Shown here in pieces: positions 59,701-64,000 of a stretch of DNA of 64,000 nt. Position 1 is the stretch's first letter. The number at the start of each line of letters is the position of its first letter. Position numbers and translations under genes: made by a program. The stretch is from Botryllus schlosseri. Its lineage: Eukaryota. Where the stretch lies: contig CM119372.1 in assembly GCA_051294905.1 (NCBI GenBank), forward strand, positions 7,194,001-7,258,000. The letters are read 5' to 3'. The notes below the pieces were generated by a model that was given only the letters and a program-made list of their open reading frames with translations, was not told the origin of the DNA and ran no database searches.

Positions 59701-61294
59701 CATTCCCATAAGCATGGACAATGGCAAGTACACCTAGTTTGGCTGTTTTCGCTCTATATGGCTATAGATAGATCACTAACCTACGGATAGATACGTCACT
59801 CGCAAGCAGTGTCTCCTATTGACGAGCGATCTAAGTACCCGCGAAACAATAACTTCATATTGTTAATTTATTCGCTAAAAGCTTTTCGACTAACTCTCAT
59901 CAGTAGCGAACGTTAGTGATGGGGTGAATCCAATTCGAAATGTAAGAACTATTTTGTCTGTATGACGTAATAATAACAAAAACAAACAACTAGTAGACGG
60001 GCAAGATACGGTAGCTACGAAAGCCGATTCTCTGTCGCCAGAAGGAACGCCTCTACACTCTTGGAATATTTCATTAATGTTATGTGTTGTGTTTTCGGTT
60101 ATTTATAACCGAATATGTACTCGTTAACGTTTGTTTTGTACCGTTACTACCGTATCTTGCCCGGCTACTAGTTGTTTGTTTTTGTTATTATTACGTCATA
60201 CAGACAAAATAGTTCTTACATTTCGAATTTGATTCACCCCATCACTAACGTTCGCTACTGATGAGAGTTAGTCGAAAAGCTTTTAGCGAATAAATTAACA
60301 ATATGAAGTTATTGTTTCGCGTTATTCTGAAGTTCTGTACCACAAATAACTTGTTCAAATCTAAGTAGCGTAATTGGTAGTGCTATAGCTGGCGACCCGA
60401 GCGCTGAAATTTAATATCGTTGGTCTTGATCAAAAGCTAGTGTTGCACTGATTCCGAAAATACAAATTAAAATCTTGTCAGGGCAATGGAACCACGTCTA
60501 GACATCCCCTAAAGTCAGAAAATCGGCATCGTCTAACAATGGCTGCGCCGCAACACAATGAACATAACAATGGCCCTTTTGGCTAAGCAACTGTTCGGAA
60601 CAATGCCGATTTTAAGACTTTTAAGGGCTGTTCTGATGTGGTTCAATTGCCCTGCCACGATTTTAATTTGTATACTGGGAATCAGTGTGACATAGCTTTC
60701 GATAAAGACTAGTTGCATTAAATTTCAGCGCTCGGGTTGCCAGCTATAGCACTGCCAATTACGCTAGTGTTAGATTGCTCAGCAATAAGAGAGACTGCTT
60801 GCCCAAGCGTAACGCCGGGTTTTGCGGGAGTTACGTATCTATCCGTATGTTAGTAATCTGTAATACAGCTCTCCTGTAGCATTTTGAAGGAAAGCCATAA
60901 ATTATATTTCGCTCCAATTAGACAACTACAATTATCTAGTTGCCCTAGTCTGGTAGAGAGGTGTTGATGACATGGTATTTGTCGTGACGTCATATAGGAT
61001 CTTATGTAATACGGGTGCCGAGTTTGATATTGATTGGTGGTATAACACGGGAGATATCCGGTCTGGAAAATAGAGTACACTATACTAAAGCAATACTTTG
61101 TCCCGTTTTCTCAATCCACACGTTTACAGACGAGCGCGCCCGCCGGACACCGTCAATATCCCGAAGGCCAGCAAGACGGCGGCTGTCCCATGTGCTCGCA
61201 GGTGTTCACGGAGGAATGGTCGATGGAGCGAAAGACCAGACACATTAACGGGCATTTTAGCGACGACGAAAACGGCCTTCTTTCGTTCGAATAA
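29626..61294 (+). CDS. AZI2/TBKBP1-like: TBK1-adaptor family protein (AZI2/NAP1-TBKBP1/SINTBAD-TANK-like), 16 coding exons, 739 aa: join(29626-29701,29730-29868,42369-42522,43973-44137,46540-46692,49809-49901,49967-50098,50606-50718,50950-51119,53003-53262,54416-54519,54579-54676,55580-55696,56356-56522,59320-59433,61130-61294)
   Basis: All introns are GT-AG and phase-consistent, giving 2220 nt with a single terminal stop. Motifs versus recalled human sequences: DDFSVI (cf. DDICIL); ASHYALATAYDRVSKKLAEAEKRN (cf. AZI2 ASHFALVTAYEDIKKRLKDSEKEN); VNQAWEAY (cf. VNKAYHAY, TANK LNKAYEAF); a TBD-like helix; C-terminal CPMC-x15-HINGHF zinc finger. The frame is open upstream of the ATG, so further 5' exons are possible. 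Confidence 0.85.
29730..29868 (+). CDS. AZI2/TBKBP1-like: Adaptor gene exon 2 (DSDDVHRS...NNGVNSG)
   Basis: Acceptor tttcag; donor GG|gtgaga; phase 2 matches exon 3. Confidence 0.65.
30012..31319. mobile_element. Non-autonomous pogo-like (Tc1/mariner superfamily) element, copy 1
   Basis: TA|CCGTAAACCGGGGTAAC ... GTTACCCCGGTTTACGG|TA; internal copies of ggggtaactttggaca. Confidence 0.92.
31695..32353. mobile_element. hAT-Charlie-like MITE
   Basis: caggggtcgccaac / gttcgtgacccctg; TSD gcttaagc; a diverged copy lies at 58299-58960 and an inverted fragment at ~25680-25742. Confidence 0.9.
32628..33891. mobile_element. Non-autonomous pogo-like element, copy 2
   Basis: Same TIRs and TA TSD; collinear with, but visibly diverged from, 30012-31319. 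Confidence 0.92.
34097..35046. mobile_element. hAT-type MITE with ggttcacgttc repeats
   Basis: TIR tagggatggtgtgaac / gttcacaccatcccta; TSD atatatct/atatatat. Confidence 0.88.
35078..37653 (+). mobile_element. Defective hAT-Charlie/Buster-type transposon, copy A
   Basis: TIR cagtgtttctcaacc / ggttgagaaccactg; transposase C-terminal remnant TYLCESGFSTL..KFSNRLQPEDDIRC..LTNTIPEFNSLVKRDQRQGSH* at ~37320-37487. Confidence 0.92.
36506..36979. mobile_element. hAT-type MITE nested in copy A (also 40740-41213 in copy B)
   Basis: TIR caggaccgtaac / gttacggtcctg; TSD cacgtatg/cacgtagg. Confidence 0.88.
37821..41887 (+). mobile_element. Defective hAT-Charlie/Buster-type transposon, copy B (contains a Harbinger insertion)
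   Basis: Near-identical to copy A apart from 38069-39559. Confidence 0.92.
38069..39556. mobile_element. Non-autonomous PIF/Harbinger element
   Basis: TIR gggtggagcccaatt / aattgggctccaccc; 3-bp TSD TTA; clean empty site in copy A (ggacTTAgtttt, ~35323). Confidence 0.92.
42369..42522 (+). CDS. AZI2/TBKBP1-like: Adaptor gene exon 3 (ASHYALATAYDRVSKKLAEAEKRNLQLR)
   Basis: tattttag acceptor, gtaagt donor; AZI2/TBKBP1 N-terminal coiled-coil signature. Confidence 0.92.
43973..44137 (+). CDS. AZI2/TBKBP1-like: Adaptor gene exon 4 (DSVNQAWEAYNEKCKECQQLREEL)
   Basis: tttctag acceptor, gtaagt donor; AZI2/TANK-like motif. Confidence 0.9.
45187..46316. mobile_element. hAT-Charlie-like MITE
   Basis: TIR caggggtgggcaaact / agtttgcccacccctg; TSD ctttagat. 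Confidence 0.92.
45352..45652. mobile_element. hAT-Charlie-like MITE, nested
   Basis: cagtggttcccaaact / tatgagaaccactg; TSD ttataagg/ttctaagg. Confidence 0.83.
46540..46692 (+). CDS. AZI2/TBKBP1-like: Adaptor gene exon 5 (coiled coil)
   Basis: atttcag acceptor, gtgagc donor, phase 0-0; an alternative acceptor at 46548 is possible. Confidence 0.85.
47211..48913 (+). mobile_element. Internally deleted pogo-like transposon
   Basis: TA|CCGTAACACGGGGTGACTTT ... AAAGTCACCCCGTGTTACGG|TA; HTH-psq N-terminus MPRKYRR...YSADEIQAALRMVEEGMSERSVSEITGIPRGTL (47724-47942) and C-terminal YVIIKYKGELFPG...WKWPIQKD (to 48494); DDE core missing. Confidence 0.93.
49809..49901 (+). CDS. AZI2/TBKBP1-like: Adaptor gene exon 6 (EYQKNL...GLANE)
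   Basis: AG/GT bounded, phase 0-0, coiled-coil composition. Confidence 0.87.
49967..50098 (+). CDS. AZI2/TBKBP1-like: Adaptor gene exon 7 (KSLTEDLR...HNISLR)
   Basis: ttgtag acceptor, gtgaaa donor, phase 0-0. Confidence 0.85.
50606..50718 (+). CDS. AZI2/TBKBP1-like: Adaptor gene exon 8 (EEVAVL...STQYES)
   Basis: gacag acceptor, gttagt donor; supplies the phase 0-to-2 change needed for exon 9. Confidence 0.82.
50950..51119 (+). CDS. AZI2/TBKBP1-like: Adaptor gene exon 9, TBK1-binding-domain-like helix
   Basis: LEEEIRNLNSELSDLKKRANEQSQLLTSLF versus recalled AZI2 TBD MQHAYWELKREMSNLHLVTQVQAELLRKLK. Confidence 0.85.
51569..52085. mobile_element. hAT-type MITE with long TIRs and an internal ~85-bp-arm palindrome
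   Basis: tagggctcttcaaaaatg / catttttgaagagcccta; TSD ttgtacat; internal inverted repeat at ~51652-51856. Confidence 0.9.
53003..53262 (+). CDS. AZI2/TBKBP1-like: Adaptor gene exon 10 (DPLPQCRN...EGNIQ)
   Basis: cctag acceptor, gtgagt donor, phase 1-0. Confidence 0.85.
54416..54519 (+). CDS. AZI2/TBKBP1-like: Adaptor gene exon 11
   Basis: tttcag acceptor, gtaggt donor, phase 0-2. Confidence 0.85.
54579..54676 (+). CDS. AZI2/TBKBP1-like: Adaptor gene exon 12
   Basis: ttttcag acceptor, gtattg donor, phase 2-1. Confidence 0.83.
54970..55398. mobile_element. Degenerate MITE with gagtc/gactc repeats (related pieces at ~56120-56250 and 63770-64000)
   Basis: cagggttgta start, gactcgagtcgagtc arrays, degenerate right end. 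Confidence 0.55.
55580..55696 (+). CDS. AZI2/TBKBP1-like: Adaptor gene exon 13
   Basis: ttttcag acceptor, gtgagt donor, phase 1-1. Confidence 0.85.
56356..56522 (+). CDS. AZI2/TBKBP1-like: Adaptor gene exon 14
   Basis: ttttcag acceptor, gtaatt donor, phase 1-0. Confidence 0.85.
56954..57501 (-). mobile_element. Shorter, inverted deletion derivative of the 30012/32628 pogo-like family
   Basis: Degenerate TIRs with flanking TA; reverse-complement homology to both ends of 30012-31319. Confidence 0.85.
58299..58960. mobile_element. Diverged copy of the 31695-32353 MITE family
   Basis: caggggtcgccaactcaaac... start, collinear internal homology, ggtgacccct end; TSD not conserved. Confidence 0.8.
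59320..59433 (+). CDS. AZI2/TBKBP1-like: Adaptor gene exon 15 (VERPSP...RARPE)
   Basis: attcag acceptor, gtaaaa donor, phase 0-0. Confidence 0.8.
59871..59910 (-). ncRNA. Minimal type-I hammerhead ribozyme motif (antisense copy)
   Basis: Reverse complement of 60251-60290. Confidence 0.65.
60251..60290 (+). ncRNA. Minimal type-I hammerhead ribozyme motif (sense copy)
   Basis: ttcgcta CTGATGA gagttagtc GAAA agct T T tagcgaa: 7-bp stem I, intact core, 2-bp stem II, palindromic 4-nt stem III, followed by AATAAA. Confidence 0.68.
61130..61294 (+). CDS. AZI2/TBKBP1-like: Adaptor gene last coding exon, UBZ1-type C2H2 zinc finger
   Basis: CPMCSQVFTEEWSMERKTRHINGHF...* versus recalled TANK CEFCQAVF...LRHLNSHF and TBKBP1 CPLCQLGF...IKHIDSHL. 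Confidence 0.9.
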   Translation, partial: TSAPAGHRQYPEGQQDGGCPMCSQVFTEEWSMERKTRHINGHFSDDENGLLSFE

Positions 61295-62969
61295 CGCGTT
61301 GCATTACTATAAGCCGGGGCGCGAGTGTGCATTCAGTTGATTCGTTCCGTGACTGAAGTGGTCGTCTTTTGATTGGGATCTGCGATTCGTGCGCTCGCGG
61401 ATTACTGGGCGCTTGATTGATGAATGCATTGTTACTAGGGCTGCGCAAATTTGAGTACCTGAATGATTTGATTCTGAACGGGGGGGGGGGGGGGTATTCG
61501 GGGCGTAGTCGAAGTATCACTCATGAGTTTAAAACAGTATGAATGATGTTGTGGAAAGTTAAAATACGCACCTCTTATGACACTGCACAAAGAATATCAT
61601 GTTCTACATCACATTAAAGATAATTTGGTATGTTTTCCCTCGTACCTATTTCATTTCACTTTGTGACAACGCTGTGGTCATTTCCACTAACGTACATAGC
61701 TTTGTTCTACATGTTTCGTGTGGGGCGATACGACCCATGGAGGTTTCAAGGCTGCCACAGTGGGAAATAGCGTCGAAATAACAATTCTCGTAGCCCCGGT
61801 AAAAAAGCGTACAAGTTCAGTACTCGATTGAGATCGTAGTACGCGAATCATTGTGCTCAGCCCAAGTGTCGATGTTGTTAAGTTGCGTAATCGCGGAACA
61901 GCCGGGTTGTCAGTGGTGTGTGTGACGTGACTGGTTACGCACTGGCGTGCTCACGTAATCAAGCGCATCTTTGATAAATCAGGTTTGGGATTTTGAAGAT
62001 ACTACAGTAACGGGTTTATTTCGCTGTGATGTTTTCTCATCTCTGTGCGTTCAAACCGCGGGTAGTTGATTACCTTTCGACCGCGCGGTCATCGACCCCA
62101 GTGGTTCGGCGTCGCTCCGGGACCTCTGTCAAACACCATACAGTGGTGCGATGTAATTGCTTGTACGGACAGCGGCCTGTCCGAAAAATTGCGGCGGAAA
62201 GTCTACGGCGCTGAAGCAGAGGCGCCGATCTCCGTTCGCTGTTGTCGTTTCTTCAACGCGGTCTTCGCGCACAGACTCGCTTTGCGTATCACCTTTACTT
62301 CTTCGTCGCGTGAAGTCTGCGATTTTTATCCGTTCTATATTACTATTCTTGCTACCAATGCTCTCCGCTTAATTTACGATTCTAATAAATATTTCATTTT
62401 TCTCGTACGATTGCGGGGATGATCTGTTAGAGCTCAGGTGTTTGGTACGTTGCTGAACTACAGTATTTTACCGCAACGTGCCGTGTCGGGGTTGGGGGTG
62501 TAAGACCAGTATTATAATCCAGTTGCGTTGCTACTGGGTTGCTTAGTAGCCTACATCACCATGTCTTTAGGCGTCATTATGGAGTCACACACTTCTTAAG
62601 CAACTGGCAGACGAAAATGTTCGTGATATGCTTAAAGCGGGAGGCAGCAACCTTTTTAGCTCTGCGGACAGGTTTTTAAATGAATTTTTTTTTCCGGCCG
62701 GTTTTCAAAAAAATAATCAACATCGAAAATCTATTGCAGCTCCAACACTATAAATAAGGTCACTACAGGGAGCCCAGTAGGGCAGTAACACTTATGTTTA
62801 GATAAAAGGCCCAGCAGGATTTATGGGGATCTTCGTTCAAAATTTGATCAATGCGCATATTATACCTGGGTAAGAATTGAAGGTACTGTGTTTATTCACC
62901 GATTGTTTTGCTTAGAGAATATGAAATTGCATCTACTGAATATTCCATTGAATTAGGAATATCATATAT

Positions 62970-63100
62970 CAGGGGTTGGCCACCTTTCGTATGCGGCGTG
63001 CCAAATTATGTCACTGCATCAAAATAATACCAATTGGCGTGCCAAACATTTTACTTTGTCATATTTATCGTTACGAGCTAGGTATCCCACCAACAACTTA
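62970..63100 (+). mobile_element. Left end of a hAT-like element; extent unknown
   Basis: caggggttggccacctt...gcgtgcca start typical of Charlie-like MITEs; no partner TIR recognised. Confidence 0.4.
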
Positions 63101-64000
63101 TCTGAAGCTGACAACGGCACCGGATACGTCAATGGTTCTCGTCAAAGTATGGTTCGCGAATAGGATTGCATTTGAAACAAAAGGTGTATTAAACAAATGC
63201 ATTTTTGATTAAAACAATTTTTTTCAAACGTTTAATTATGCCGCAATTGTGTATACACGTCCGAAAACCATGTAGTATGGGCCTACGAACGATTTGCACC
63301 CCAAATCGTCGAAGTATACGATGTGGGGTTGCTAGAACCCCCGAAATCGTCGTCCGTGCAACAGTTCTTGCGCGTGGATATGGATCATTGGTACGGAAAG
63401 GGTGATCTGATGATCGATGATGACGCCACCGACCGTGAAAATGCTGCATAACGATGTAGTCCTGGTTACAGATATTTTTGGTCTGTTTATGACAGTGATC
63501 GGAAGTCGAAGGAGGCATAGTTACCCTACATTTTCAATTGTCAATGCCAAACCACTCTTGCGTCACAATTAAATATTGGTGTCGTCATAACTAAAAATAA
63601 AAATTAAAAAAACATGTTTCAAACAAGTACCTTGTTTTAAAAATGTTTGTTCTGCATTTATTTTTGTTTTAAATGCAACCCTAGTCACGAAGGGTAGCCT
63701 ATAAATTTTGGTCGCTCTCGCACCTGAGTTATCGTTTAATGTAGGCAATATATTTTTTCGTAATACTTTTGACTTGACTTAACTCGAGTCACTTTGCAAA
63801 AATGACTTGACTTGACTCGACCGTGACTTGAAGCAACATCTACGAGTCAATTTCAGACAGCCGGAGAAATGCAATGTATATGAATTATGCATCGTACTTT
63901 GAAAATTCACCTTGACTTGAATTGACTCGAGTCACCTCCAACAATCGAGTAACCTGACTTGACTCGAGATAACTTGTGACTCGTAGGTAGTGACTTGATC

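Larger units (their letters stand above)
59838..60358 (+). mobile_element. Penelope-like (PLE) non-coding insertion with inverted pLTR-like repeats
   Basis: 9-bp TSD atctaagta (59829-59837, 60359-60367); 175-bp near-perfect inverted repeat (59840-60014 / 60147-60321); 37-nt 3' extension; a hammerhead motif in each arm. Confidence 0.72.
59782..60847. mobile_element. MITE with long TIRs; left arm interrupted by the 59838-60358 insertion
   Basis: tacggatagatacgt / acgtatctatccgta termini; the rejoined left arm caagcagtgtctcctattgacgagcgatctaagtagcgtaattggtagtgctatagc matches the reverse complement of the right arm. Confidence 0.82.

Overview
This is AT-rich animal genomic DNA, not prokaryotic. 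It has spliceosomal GT-AG introns and dense, nested transposons; an invertebrate chordate such as a tunicate is my inference. One host gene can be assembled by hand: a 16-exon, 739-aa, + strand gene (29626-61294) with every splice phase consistent. It encodes a TBK1-adaptor-family protein that combines hallmarks of vertebrate AZI2/NAP1, TBKBP1/SINTBAD and TANK, and the model requires an apparent 28-nt intron. The rest is mobile DNA: a decayed Maverick/Polinton (484-7270), two identical CACTA MITEs, many hAT MITEs with 8-bp TSDs (often nested), pogo-like elements, a PIF/Harbinger element, a decayed piggyBac-like element, L2/CR1-group LINE 3' ends, and a foldback element with internal TTAGGG-like repeats. 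The most unusual structures are a 6.8-kb two-copy composite hAT transposon with permuted TSDs (35078-41887), a 521-bp Penelope-like insertion carrying two minimal type-I hammerhead ribozymes in inverted repeats (59838-60358), and strongly over-represented TAGGCCTA/TACCGGTA micro-insertions that look like excision footprints. All homology calls come from motif recognition by eye and recalled family sequences; no database search was run.
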